64,000 nucleotides of DNA from an uncultured Saprospiraceae bacterium (GTDB taxonomy: Bacteria > Bacteroidota > Bacteroidia > Chitinophagales > Saprospiraceae): contig CAZJQS010000015.1 of NCBI GenBank assembly GCA_964548175.1, positions 920 to 64,919 of the forward strand, written 5' to 3'. The notes under the pieces were generated by a model that was not told the origin of the DNA, did not search any database, and saw only the letters and a list, made by a program, of their open reading frames with translations. This document shows positions 27,342-39,100 of this stretch, in pieces. A program made the translations under genes and the position numbers. Numbering within the stretch: the first letter of the stretch is position 1; the number at the start of each line of letters is the position of its first letter.

Positions 27342-28385
27342 ATGAGATATACAAAAATAATAACGACTATAGGAATACTCTCTGTCTTATGGGGGTGTCA
27401 ACAGGAGGATCAGCCCTCCGCTCCGAATATATCCGACATCGCCGTCGAAGTACCTCTTCGAAGGTTTGAGAAAGCCCTTTTTTCTGCTGATACTACTCGG
27501 CTGCCGCAGGAGTTGGAAAAGATCCAGGCTGAATACCCTGAGTTCTCTAACATTTTTTTCGGTCAGATACTCGGCGCAAACGATCCTGCCGTCCAAAACA
27601 CCATGAGCCCGGCGGAATACATCAAGGGTTTCGTTACTTTCCCGGCTGTCCGGGAGTTGTACGATACCTGTATGCATCTGTATGACGATTTTTCAGCAGA
27701 AAAAGCTTCTTTTGAAAAGGCTTTCCAGTACTTGAAATTTTATTTTCCAGACTTGCCTACTCCTGACCTGACTACCTTCATCTCAGAGTATTCAGTAGGA
27801 GTCTTCATTTACAAAGACAATTCGTTGGCCGTAGGTCTGGATTTTTTCCTGGGCAGCGATTACCCCTATGCCCGGCTCAACCCCAATAATCCGGCCTTCT
27901 CCGCTTATCTGACCCGCACCTTTAACCGCGATCACCTGGTGAGTAAAACCATAAGGGTCCTGGTAGAGGACATGACAGGCGCTCCCCAGGGCGGCAAAAT
28001 GCTTGACGTCATGATCCACCGGGGCAAACAGATGTACCTGCTCGACCAAATGCTGCCCCATGTAGCGGATACCGCTGTTTTTGAATTTTCAAGCCCCCAA
28101 CTGTCCTGGCTGCAAGATAATGAAATGGATATCTGGGCGTTCTTCCTGTCCGAAGATCTGCTCTATTCCACCGACATGCAAAAATACCGCAAATACGTTG
28201 ATTACAGCCCGAACGCTCCGGGAATGCCCATCGAAGCTCCCGGCCGAACCGCCAACTGGATGGGCTATCAGATTGTTAAGTCTTATATGAGAAATGTACG
28301 AAGCGCAACACTGAAAGACCTCGTCGATTTGAAAGACGCACAGATGATCATGGATAAGTCAAGATATAAACCAAAGAGAAGGTGA
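27342..28385 (+). CDS. gldB: Gliding motility lipoprotein GldB-like
   Basis: Lipobox LWGC. N-terminal pattern I..V.LRRFEKALFS and a size of 347 aa fit my recollection of GldB. Not verified. Confidence 0.55.
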   Translation: MRYTKIITTIGILSVLWGCQQEDQPSAPNISDIAVEVPLRRFEKALFSADTTRLPQELEKIQAEYPEFSNIFFGQILGANDPAVQNTMSPAEYIKGFVTFPAVRELYDTCMHLYDDFSAEKASFEKAFQYLKFYFPDLPTPDLTTFISEYSVGVFIYKDNSLAVGLDFFLGSDYPYARLNPNNPAFSAYLTRTFNRDHLVSKTIRVLVEDMTGAPQGGKMLDVMIHRGKQMYLLDQMLPHVADTAVFEFSSPQLSWLQDNEMDIWAFFLSEDLLYSTDMQKYRKYVDYSPNAPGMPIEAPGRTANWMGYQIVKSYMRNVRSATLKDLVDLKDAQMIMDKSRYKPKRR

Positions 28386-28548
28386 CCTGCAAGGAGTAAT
28401 ATTTTACTTAACATTGTATTAATTTCTTGCAAAAGCCTTTAAACCTTTCGACCTTTGCCTTATCTTAGTTTAATAAATACTGTTTTGCAGAGGAGTCGGC
28501 AAGATGCTGAAAAATTACTTAAAAAATTATTGTTAAAAAAAAGAAATT

Positions 28549-28770
28549 ATGGATACTATATTATTGTTCAATTGGTTCGGTCCTGAAATGCTGGTGGTGT
28601 TGTTCGCTATCCTGTTGCTTTTTGGTGGACGCAAAATTCCTGAACTGATGCGCGGCATCGGCAAGGGGATCAGAGAATTCAACGCCGCACGTTCAACCAT
28701 CGAAAGTGAGTTGAAAGAAGGAATGAGAGAAAACGATAAACTTGAAGAAGAAAAGAAAGGAAAAAAATAA
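28549..28770 (+). CDS. tatA: Twin-arginine translocase subunit TatA/E
   Basis: A single TM segment followed by [20 protein letters not shown]. Confidence 0.85.
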   Translation: MDTILLFNWFGPEMLVVLFAILLLFGGRKIPELMRGIGKGIREFNAARSTIESELKEGMRENDKLEEEKKGKK

Positions 28771-28780
28771 AGATCAAAAT

Positions 28781-28859
28781 GGGGGCTGTCTCAAAACACC
28801 GCTAAAAAAGAAATTGATCAGGCGGCGCGAAGGTGTAAAATGCTTTTGAGACAATCCCC
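28781..28859. terminator. Large stem-loop between convergent tatA and the DUF937 gene
   Basis: gggggctgtctcaaaa (28781-28796) pairs with ttttgagacaatcccc (28844-28859), 14 of 16 bp. It shares the 11-mer ggggctgtctc with the element at 47761. Confidence 0.6.
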
Positions 28860-28874
28860 ATTCCTATTCTAAGG

Positions 28875-29504
28875 TTACTTTCTTCTTTTAAAAAGATTCC
28901 CCAACATTTTAAAGCCGATGTTGGCTACATCATCGGCGATGCTGCCGTCCCCATCCTGATCCAATAAGCTGTTGATCAAGCCGGAAGAAATGCTGGTTTG
29001 CTGTCTTTGCTGTGAAAAGCTTCCGGATAACAAGCCCGCCAGGTCTCCAATATCCAGGCCCTGCTGTCTTTTGGTTTTACCCAGAGCGCCCATGATCACC
29101 GGAGCCAGCATTTGCATGAGGTTGCCGGTTTTGTTCTGGTCCAGTCCGCTAACCTGGCTGATCATGTTAACGGCATTGTTTTGCTTGCCGCCAAGCAGGT
29201 GATTCAGGATGCCGGATCCATTGAGCATGCGTTGATTCTGAGGCTGTGCATTTCCAGACAGCATACCCATAACGTCATCAAGAATACTGCCGTCGTGGTC
29301 CTTTTCCAGCGCCTGATTCAAAGAACGGGCGCCTTCTTCTGTAGAGGCATTCTTGGCCAGCGCCCCGAGTAAGGTCGTAGCAATGCCGCTGGCCGCCATT
29401 TTAGTTTTCTGGGTATCTGCTCCGCCGATCTGTTGACTGAGGTTTTCCATGAAATTGTCATCATTCAACTGGCTTTGGATAAGGTTGAGAAGATCATTCG
29501 CCAT
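28875..29504 (-). CDS. DUF937-like protein
   Basis: MANDLLNLIQSQL...GIATTLLGALAKN...DHDGSILDDVMGML repeats. Start chosen at ATG 29504. Confidence 0.55.
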   Translation of the reverse strand: MANDLLNLIQSQLNDDNFMENLSQQIGGADTQKTKMAASGIATTLLGALAKNASTEEGARSLNQALEKDHDGSILDDVMGMLSGNAQPQNQRMLNGSGILNHLLGGKQNNAVNMISQVSGLDQNKTGNLMQMLAPVIMGALGKTKRQQGLDIGDLAGLLSGSFSQQRQQTSISSGLINSLLDQDGDGSIADDVANIGFKMLGNLFKRRK

Positions 29505-29584
29505 GATTCCTGAGTTTTTTAGTTGTAAAAAATAAGTGCTATTATTTATACGATCGGAATTGCGCTGGGTCACGAGGCGATCAA

Positions 29585-31039
29585 CTATAATTTCTTCACT
29601 TTTAATAAGACACCGGGCTCAAGAGACGCATTGTTTTTTAGGTTGTTAAGGCGTAGAAGAACGGCGTAATTGATAAAAGGGAGCTCCAGGGCCACATCAA
29701 ACGGGCTTTCTCTCTTATTCAGCCGGTAACAGAGATATCCGTTATGTTCCACCAGCTGTTTTTTTATCCTTTCCAGCCGGTCGCCTGATGTTTTCTTTAA
29801 GGGAAAAACCTCCTTTAAGGGCTTCCGCGGCTCCAGCAGCTTCAGTTCCGTCAGCCCCTCCTGTAGTTCGAAAGGCAATATCTTTCTGGGAAAATAGATC
29901 ACCAGCTGCTGCCCGAGGGTAAGTTCTCCCCCCTTTAGTCTGTTCCAGGCCTTGAGCTGATGGACGGTACAACCCGTATTTTTACTCACCGATTCAAGCG
30001 TTTCGCCGCTAAGCACCGTGTATATTTTCTTTTCGTACTGGCTGTTATTGATCTCCCGGGGTTGGGAAACATAGACGGGGGTGGATTGAACACGGAGCCG
30101 GGCTTCAAAATCCGGCCGCTTCTGATCCAGGTAATCCTGAAATGAAGGCATTACTCTTTTAGGCAAGGTCACATAATAGCCCTTCTGTGCAGATGGGACA
30201 TATCTTTGCAGATAAGCAGGGTTCAATCCTTCGATGATATCCAGAGGAAGCCGCGTGACCTGTGCTATTTCGTAAAAATTGATGCTGTCGTACACCATGA
30301 CCGTTTCGGTCATCTGCATATCCAGGTCGGGATACCTGGGCGTCAGATCGTGTTCCTCATAATGGTGGATCAGGTAGGTGGCGGCAATAAAGGCCGGTAC
30401 ATAGTTGCGCGTTTCACGGGGAAGGAACCGACGTATATTCCAGAAGTTTTTACTCCGTCCTCTTTTGATGGCGCGGCTGACCCGGCCGCCGCCGCTGTTG
30501 TATGCTGCGATGGCAAGCTCCCAGTCGCCGAATCGCTCGTAAAGCTTTTTTAAATAAACTGCAGCTGCTTTGGTAGACCGCTGCGGGTCAGAGCGCTCGT
30601 CGACTATGTCGTTGATCTCTAACCCGAAATATTTACCCGTGGAAGGCATGAACTGCCACAAGCCCGTTGCGCCCACCCGGGATACTGCTTTGGGATTCAG
30701 TGCAGATTCCACCACTGAAAGGTACTTCAGGTCTGAAGGAAGTCCTTCAGAACGGAAATGTTCTTCGAACAATGGGAAATACATGACAAGATTACCGAGG
30801 ATGTTCTCTGCTTTGTCCCTTTTTCTGATGGTATAGGTTTGGAGATAGCTTTTTACCACCTCATCATAACGCGGGGGGACGATCTCACTTTCCATTTTAT
30901 TGATGCGCTCAATAACGGCAGGTTCGTCATATTCGGGTTCCGAATCGTTGAGATTTGATCTGTCACTGGCATTCAGTACTCCACCGAAGATGCTAAAAAG
31001 CAACAGGAGTACGTACAGCTTAAACGCTGAGGGTTCCAT
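29585..31039 (-). CDS. Lytic murein transglycosylase with LysM domain (MltD-like)
   Basis: SLT motif ESALNPKAVSRVGATGLWQFMPSTG, LysM-like YTVLSGETLESVSKNTGCTVHQLKAWNRL, and a signal peptide. Confidence 0.8.
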   Translation of the reverse strand: MEPSAFKLYVLLLLFSIFGGVLNASDRSNLNDSEPEYDEPAVIERINKMESEIVPPRYDEVVKSYLQTYTIRKRDKAENILGNLVMYFPLFEEHFRSEGLPSDLKYLSVVESALNPKAVSRVGATGLWQFMPSTGKYFGLEINDIVDERSDPQRSTKAAAVYLKKLYERFGDWELAIAAYNSGGGRVSRAIKRGRSKNFWNIRRFLPRETRNYVPAFIAATYLIHHYEEHDLTPRYPDLDMQMTETVMVYDSINFYEIAQVTRLPLDIIEGLNPAYLQRYVPSAQKGYYVTLPKRVMPSFQDYLDQKRPDFEARLRVQSTPVYVSQPREINNSQYEKKIYTVLSGETLESVSKNTGCTVHQLKAWNRLKGGELTLGQQLVIYFPRKILPFELQEGLTELKLLEPRKPLKEVFPLKKTSGDRLERIKKQLVEHNGYLCYRLNKRESPFDVALELPFINYAVLLRLNNLKNNASLEPGVLLKVKKL

Positions 31040-31062
31040 AAGGCAATTGTATTAATTTCAAG

Positions 31063-32498
<1,436 letters not shown>

Positions 32499-32502
<4 letters not shown>

Positions 32503-33842
32503 GGACGCAGTTTTTCTATGATTTCATCAATGGTCATCATCTCTTGTTCTCCCGTGGTCATATTTTTCAGGGACAGCTGACCGCTTTCCATTTCCTGACT
32601 ACCAACGATGGAGACATACTGAGTCCCCCTGGCATTGGCGTATTTCATCTGCTTTTTCATTTTGACCGGATCGGGATAGATCTCTGCATTAATGCCGGCA
32701 GCTCTTACTTTGACAAGCTGTTCAAAGGCATACAGATGGGTATTTTCATCAAAAGATAAAAAGATCAGCCTGAGGTTCCGGGCGTCGTCCTCAGGGAACA
32801 GTCTGAGCTCTTCCATCACATCGTAGATGCGCTCCGCCCCAAAAGAAACGCCAACACCAGATACGTCTTTCAGCCCGAAAACACCTGTCAGGTCATCATA
32901 GCGCCCGCCACCCCCGATGCTGCCCATATCGACATTTTTCGCGGAAACCTCAAAAATGCATCCGGTGTAGTAGTTCAGTCCGCGCGCCAGGGTGACGTCA
33001 AACAAGATCTCGTTGGCCGGCTGATAATACTGGAGGTAGCGGAAAACCGTGTTGATCTCTTCAATGCCTTTCATTCCGGCGCTGCTGCCTTCCATCAGGG
33101 GGGCGAGCTCTTCCAGCGTTTTTACCAGCAGTATGCTTTCGATCTTGTCGACTGCTTCCAGGGGTATGCCTCGGTCAGATAATTCTTTTTTCACCCCCTC
33201 CATCCCGATCTTGTCCAGCTTGTCGATCGCGACGGTCATAGCCGTGAACTGATCGGCGATACCGGCGACCTCTGCTATGCCGGCCAGTATTTTCCGGTTG
33301 TTGATCTTTATGGTGACAGGCAAATTTAATTTGGCGAATACCTCATCATAGATTTGTGCTAATTCCGCTTCGCAGACCAGTGAATCGGAGCCCACCACAT
33401 CCACATCGCATTGATAGAATTCCTGGTACCGGCCCTTTTGAGGGCGATCGGCGCGCCAGACCGGTTGTATCTGATAACGCTTAAAGGGAAAAGTGAGGTC
33501 GCTTTGATACATCACCACATAACGCGCAAAGGGCACCGTAAGGTCATACCGCAACCCCCTTTTTGATATAGAGGGTAATATCTTGACGGAATCTCTGGCA
33601 TCCAGGGCTTCTATATCGGCTTTATTGAGAAAATCGCCATTGTTCAGTACTTTAAAAAGGAGTTGGTCCCCCTCGTCGCCGTATTTCCCGGTAAGGGTAG
33701 AGAGGTTCTCCATAGTGGGCGTCTCGATGGGTTGGTAACCGTATTTAATGAAAACACTTTTGATGGTGTCGAATATAAAATTGCGTTTATTAACCTCTTG
33801 AGGGCCGAAATCTCTCGTTCCCTTTGGTATGCCTACTTTCAT
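32499..33842 (-). CDS. hisS: Histidine-tRNA ligase
   Basis: KGTRDF, RYDLTVPFARY, QPVWRADRPQKGRYQEFYQCD, GGGGRYD. Confidence 0.95.
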
Positions 33843-33916
33843 AATGCTAAGGGGTGAAATATGAAGAAATGCAGCGGCCGGCCGTATCTGTCGGAAGCGG
33901 CCGGCTGCTGTAGGTT

Positions 33917-34954
33917 TTATATGATCGAAGCGAATTGCCTCAAAAAGCGTACGTCGTTCTCGAAGAACATACGGATGTCTCCTATGTCAAACAGGCGCAG
34001 AGCCTGACGTTCGATGCCCATGCCAAAGGCGAAGCCGGTGTATTTTTCGGAGTCGATGCCGCAACTTTCCAATACGTTAGGATCAACCATGCCGCAGCCC
34101 AGTATCTCCAGCCAGCCGGTCCCTTTAGTAAGGCGGTAGTCTTTCTCTGTAGCCGTTCCCAGGTAAACGTCCATTTCGGCGCTGGGTTCGGTGAATGGAA
34201 AGAAAGACGGCCGCAGGCGGATCTTAATGTCCGGGCCGAACATTTCGCGAGCGAAGTAGAGCAATGTCTGCTTCAGGTCGGCGAAGGAGACCTTTTCGTC
34301 AATATAGAGCCCTTCCACCTGATGGAACTGACAGTGCGAGCGCGCCGAGATGGTCTCATTGCGATATACCCGGCCGGGGGCAATGATCCGGATGGGCGGC
34401 TTTTGAGCGGTCATTACACGAGCCTGTACAGAGGAAGTGTGGGTGCGCAGCAGCATGGTGTTGCTGCCCTTCAGGTAAAAGGTGTCCTGCATGTCGCGCG
34501 CCGGATGGTCCTCAGGAGTGTTCATGGCCGTAAAATTGTGCCAGTCATCTTCGATCTCGCGCTCCTCAGCCACTACGAAACCGATGCGTTCGAATATTTT
34601 GATGATGCGGTTCATGGTAAGGGCTACCGGGTGGCGGGAGCCCAACTCCAGAGGCTCACCGGGGGCGGTCAGGTCGAGGTTAGCAGCCGATTGTTCTTCT
34701 TCAGCAGCTTCCAATTCCAGTTTGACGGCTTCAAACTTTTGCTCGGCCGCCTGCTTGGCCTTATTGATCAGCAGCCCGAAGTCCTTTTTTTGCTCATTAG
34801 GAATATTACGGATCTCGCCCGACAGAGGCTTGAGAATGTTTTTACTGCCCAGGTATTTGATCCGGAACGACTCCAACTCTTCCGTGCCGGAGAGGGTCGT
34901 TGCTTCGATCTCGCTGATGATCGCATTGATCTTGTCGAAGATTTCGGTAGCCAT
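33917..34954 (-). CDS. pheS: Phenylalanine-tRNA ligase alpha subunit
   Basis: HPARDMQDTFY, FFPFTEPS, GFAFGMGIERQ. Confidence 0.95.
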   Translation of the reverse strand: MATEIFDKINAIISEIEATTLSGTEELESFRIKYLGSKNILKPLSGEIRNIPNEQKKDFGLLINKAKQAAEQKFEAVKLELEAAEEEQSAANLDLTAPGEPLELGSRHPVALTMNRIIKIFERIGFVVAEEREIEDDWHNFTAMNTPEDHPARDMQDTFYLKGSNTMLLRTHTSSVQARVMTAQKPPIRIIAPGRVYRNETISARSHCQFHQVEGLYIDEKVSFADLKQTLLYFAREMFGPDIKIRLRPSFFPFTEPSAEMDVYLGTATEKDYRLTKGTGWLEILGCGMVDPNVLESCGIDSEKYTGFAFGMGIERQALRLFDIGDIRMFFENDVRFLRQFASII

Positions 34955-34998
34955 GGTTGTTGTTTTAGTCGTTGTTTCAGTCTGGACTGCAAATGTAA

Positions 34999-35070
34999 AG
35001 AATTTTATTTAAGCCGGGCAAACCCGCCCGGCCGATAGGCGGGCGAGCGCGATGACTTTTTACATAACCC
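34999..35070. repeat. Half copy of the family-1 MITE-like element
   Basis: gaattttatttaagccgggcaaacccgcccggccgataggcgggcgagcgcgatgactttttacataac aligns with the right half of the 35864-36084 copy (caagccgggcaaacctgccgg...gctgactttttacacaac). Confidence 0.7.
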
Positions 35071-35075
35071 TAATT

Positions 35076-35744
35076 TTATACATTTAATTCCCTGGCGGCG
35101 TGTCTTGAAAAGCTGCGGTAATAAATTCCCGCCAGCACACCGAAGGCAAAGCCGCCGATGTGAGCCCAATAGGCAATGCCGCTGCCGTCCCCTTCAGCCT
35201 GTAGACTGGCCGTGCCGTCGAACATCTGCATGGCGATCCAGATGCCCAGAAAAAGAAAAGCAGGCAGGCGAAAAGGAAAGATAAAAAACAATACCTTGAT
35301 TTGGGATTGAGGATACATGACCAAATAAGTCCCCATAACAGCAGCAATAGCACCGCTGGCCCCAACTAAAGGGATGTTGCTGTATAAATTGAAGAACATA
35401 TGACCCGCCAGAGCCGCCACCCCGCCCAGCAGATAAAAGACCAAAAAGCGGCTGCTACCAATGGTAGCCTCTATATTGTCGGCAAAAATCCATAGAAAAA
35501 CCATATTGCCGATCAAATGCCAGCCGCCTCCGTGGAGAAACATGCTGGTAATGACCGTATGCAACCCTTCTCCCTGCATGATCCTGGATGGAATGGCGCC
35601 ATAGTTTATCGTTATATCGTAAACCGATTCCGGAACGATTAAATATTGGTACACAAACACGGCAATATTTAACAGGATAAAGCCGTAACTAAAAAGAGGA
35701 TAATGTCCGCCTTTTATCTGATCGTCACCAATAGGAAATAGCAT
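35076..35744 (-). CDS. Rhomboid family intramembrane serine protease
   Basis: HGGGWHLIGNM, GASGAIAAVMG and AHIGGFAFG motifs, with six or more TM segments. Confidence 0.85.
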   Translation of the reverse strand: MLFPIGDDQIKGGHYPLFSYGFILLNIAVFVYQYLIVPESVYDITINYGAIPSRIMQGEGLHTVITSMFLHGGGWHLIGNMVFLWIFADNIEATIGSSRFLVFYLLGGVAALAGHMFFNLYSNIPLVGASGAIAAVMGTYLVMYPQSQIKVLFFIFPFRLPAFLFLGIWIAMQMFDGTASLQAEGDGSGIAYWAHIGGFAFGVLAGIYYRSFSRHAARELNV

Positions 35745-35863
35745 AGTATGAAAGGTTTATATTAAATTTGCTATGGTTAGAAGATCGGTCTTGCTTCCAC
35801 AAGATCGTAAAACTTTAGATGAAATGTTTTGAATTGAAGACAATTAAATAAGTAAGCCATTAA

Positions 35864-36084
35864 AAGCAGGATAGAAGTTGTGTAAAAAGTCTTCGTACTC
35901 TTCCCGCCTGACGGCCGGCAGGTTTGCGCAGCTAATAAAATTCTTTTTTGAGTTTTCTGCCGAAGAAAATCTGTGATTTTCTTCGGCAGAAAACTCAAAA
36001 AATAGAATCTTTCAAGCCGGGCAAACCTGCCGGCTGTCAGGGCAGGAGGAGTAGCTGACTTTTTACACAACCCCTGTCCTGCTT
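35864..36084. repeat. Full-length family-1 MITE-like element: ~220-bp near-perfect palindrome
   Basis: Nested inverted repeats: aagcaggatagaa/ccctgtcctgctt, gttgtgtaaaaagtc/gactttttacacaac, gcctgacggccggcaggtttgc/gcaaacctgccggctgtcagggc, and a perfect core ttttttgagttttctgccgaagaaaat (35944-35970) / attttcttcggcagaaaactcaaaaaa (35976-36002). Confidence 0.85.
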
Positions 36085-36138
36085 AAATATACTTAAATTA
36101 TCCACCGCCCGCGGGCGATGGATAATTTAAGTATATTT
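36085..36138. repeat. 54-bp near-perfect palindrome upstream of the PorU-like gene
   Basis: aaatatacttaaattatcca (36085-36104) and tggataatttaagtatattt (36119-36138) are perfect reverse complements. The spacer ccgcccgcgggcga contains the palindrome cgcccgcgggcg. Confidence 0.9.
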
Positions 36139-36176
36139 TGCTCCCTGGCATATCATTTTCCCAAAACGAACATAGA

Positions 36177-39100
36177 ATGAAAAAACTAGTACTCCTGTCT
36201 TTATTTTCCTTCAGCCTGTCCCTGGCCGTTACCGCTCAGATGCAGGTTGGCAATGAGTTGCTGTTCGGAAACGAGTGGATCGATTACGAACAGACTTACC
36301 TAAAGATCAAAATCACAGAAGATGGCTGGCGCCGCCTGACCGGCGCCCAGATGGCCTCCGCAGGGATCGACCTCAGCGAGGTCTCCGGCCGTAATCTGAC
36401 CCTCTTTTGGATGGGGCGCCCCATCCCCATCGACCGGTCAACCTCAGGTGCTTTTTCTCCAAATGACTACATCGCCTTCTTTGGTCAAAAAAACCAGGGC
36501 GGACTGGATCGCCATCTTTTTGAAAGCGAAGAAGACATGCTTAATCCTTACTACAGCATGTTCTCCGATACTTCAGCCTATTTCCTGTCCTGGAAAGTCA
36601 GCGGGCGGACCAGCCCCGATTACGAAGAGGTGGAAAACGACCTGGCCGACCTTCCGGAAAAAGAACAATGGTATTGGGCGGTGGAGCGTAGGGTTTTGGG
36701 GGAGCAGGCGCGCTACAAAAGGGAAGGCCCGGATAATCTTCTTGCATACTCTGCCTTTGACCGTGGAGAGGGCTTCGTTTCAAATGAGAACGATTACCAC
36801 AAAATTGAATTTTCTTCGACCTCCCCGGTGCCTTCTGCAAATACCCAGGCCCGAATACGTTTGCATTTAGTCACCCGTCTTTCCGGCAGCACTATGATCA
36901 TAAGCTTTAATGGGAAGGAGTTTTCGAGAGAACAGGTTGCAGGTAATAATCATTTTCTAAAAAAAGAAATGGACATTCCATTATCTGACCTGGGAGCTTC
37001 TTCTGAATTAGAGATTATAAGAGAAGGATGGACTCCTGATGGAAAAAACAATAGAAACCAGTACGCCATTGCATTTGCTGAATTAAGCTATCCGCGTGCC
37101 TTCGATGCACAGGGAGCGGGGTATTTCGCATTTGATCTGGCGGCAGGGCCTCGTCGTTATCTGGAGGTCGACAATTTTGACACCCAGGGAGGAATGATCT
37201 GGGTGTATGATTTGACAAATCAGAAAAAAATTCCAACAGTGACTGAAGGGAGTAAAGTTCGTTTTGTTACAGAAGCCTCCAATCAGGATACGCGATTCGT
37301 ATTGGTCAATGAGCAATCTGCTTTTCAGCCTGCCGAGCATTTTTCAACTACAAATTTCGTAGATCTTACTACCAGCCGGGCAGATTTTCTGATCATTACC
37401 CATCGGGATCTTTTCAAAGGCCCCAATGGTCGCAACCTGATTCAGGAGTACGCTGATTACAGAAGTTCAGCGGATGGGGGCAACCATGTTACTCAGGTGA
37501 TTACGGTTGATCAATTATACGATCAATTTGCCTATGGCGTGTATAACCATTCTTTAGGATTGCACAATTTCGGGCAATACGCGGCTCAGGAGTGGAATGC
37601 CCTAAAGTATATCCTATTACTTGGGCACGGATACACCTATGACATCAACCGTAACCCGGAGAGAGAACTGGGGCAAAATCATTTTGTGCCTACCTATGGC
37701 GTTCCCGGTTCTGACAATATTTTATTTGCACCCAAAGGCAGGGTCACGCCCAGTTTTGCCGTCGGCCGTCTGGCGGTGGATAGTCCGGAGGAAATTGCCG
37801 TGTATCTGAACAAATTAAGAACCTATGAAGCGGACCTTCGCAATGCACGAGGGATAGCAGAAAGGCTTTGGCGCAAAAGGGTGCTTCATATTGGTGGTGG
37901 AAGTGAGCCTCAAGATCAGAGGACGTTCAGGATCACTTTACAAAACATGGAAAAATTTATAACCACTGAAGGCTTTGGAGGGTTCGTTACCGCCGTTTCA
38001 AAGGACAATAATGAACTGGTGCAGTTCACTACTTCGGATCAGGTAAAAGACGCTATGAGTGAAGGAGTGGCGATCAAGTCGTTTTTAGGGCATGGAGGGG
38101 TGACGGGCACCGATTTCGGTTTGGATAATCCTTTAGCTTTTAATAACAAAGGGAAATTTCCCTTGATCTTTTCTCTGGGCTGCCAGACTGGCAACCTGTT
38201 CGACCAGCAAAAAAGTTTGAGTGAATCGTTTATTTTGACGGAGCTGGGTGGGATTGGGTATTTTGCTTCTCCAGGCTATGCATTTGCCTTTTCACTGGAA
38301 GACCTGGCAAGTGAGTTTTACCGGCTATTGAGTACAAAAGAACATTACACGGCCGGTATCGGAGAACTCATGAGGTTGATGCGGAATAAATTCGAACAGG
38401 GATACAATCAATGGACGAGAGAGCTGGCCATCCAAATGTCTTATCATGGTGATCCGGCCGCCAAAATAAACCTTTATGCTACCCCGGATCACATCATCGA
38501 TCCAGGTTCCGCCAAGATCGAACCCAGGGGACTCACAGCCGCCCAGGATTCTTTTTCTTTCTCTTTTGATGTAGTCAACCTGGGGTTCAACCAGGTCGAT
38601 ACCTTTGCTATCCTCTTGACGCGCATTTTCCCGGACCAGGAAAAAGAGGAGGTCAGGGATACCATCTCAGCAGGCATAGGCAGGACCAGCCTCAGCTATC
38701 GCTTTGCTGTAGGCGAAGAAAATGTGGAAGGCGAACACCGCATAGAAGTCACACTGGATATAGACAATGACATACGCGAGGAACCAGCTGAACGGGGCGA
38801 ACAGAACAATGAACTCATCGAGGGAACGGGTCAGAAGGGCTTCCGCTTTTTTATTCAGCAAAATGCTGTTCTCCCTGTTTCACCCGCCCCCTTTGCCATT
38901 GTCAGTGAGGGCGGTATCAAACTGGTGGCTTCCTCCAATACCCTTAGCCAGGAAGAGCGTAGTTTTCTTTTTCAACTGGATACGACCGCTGCCTTCAATT
39001 CCAGCAGGTTATCTTCATTCCAGTTGCAATCCCGGGGGGGCGTGCTAGAATGGAAGCCCAATGTCAGTTGGGAAAACGGGAAAGTGTACTACTGGCGAAT

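Noticed and set aside
33935-35038. 367-aa plus-strand ORF (with a 176-aa companion at 34482-35012)
   Set aside because: It is exactly antisense to the clearly identified pheS gene. This is a typical shadow ORF with low-complexity, R/A/G/L-rich sequence.
35777-36070. 97-aa minus-strand ORF, and the 63-aa ORF at 21104-21295
   Set aside because: Both lie within or start inside the MITE-like palindromes and share the repeat-derived FYTT peptide motif (KTFYTTS and MTFYTTP). They are artefacts of the repeat.
36138-36176. TTG start at 36138 for the PorU-like gene, and similar over-extended starts at 2027, 26398, 29573, 49750 and 53753
   Set aside because: The downstream ATG codons give canonical signal peptides or N-termini (for example MKKLVLLSLF). 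In one case the downstream ATG gives an ATGA overlap with the upstream stop. The extensions would run into palindromes or neighbouring genes.
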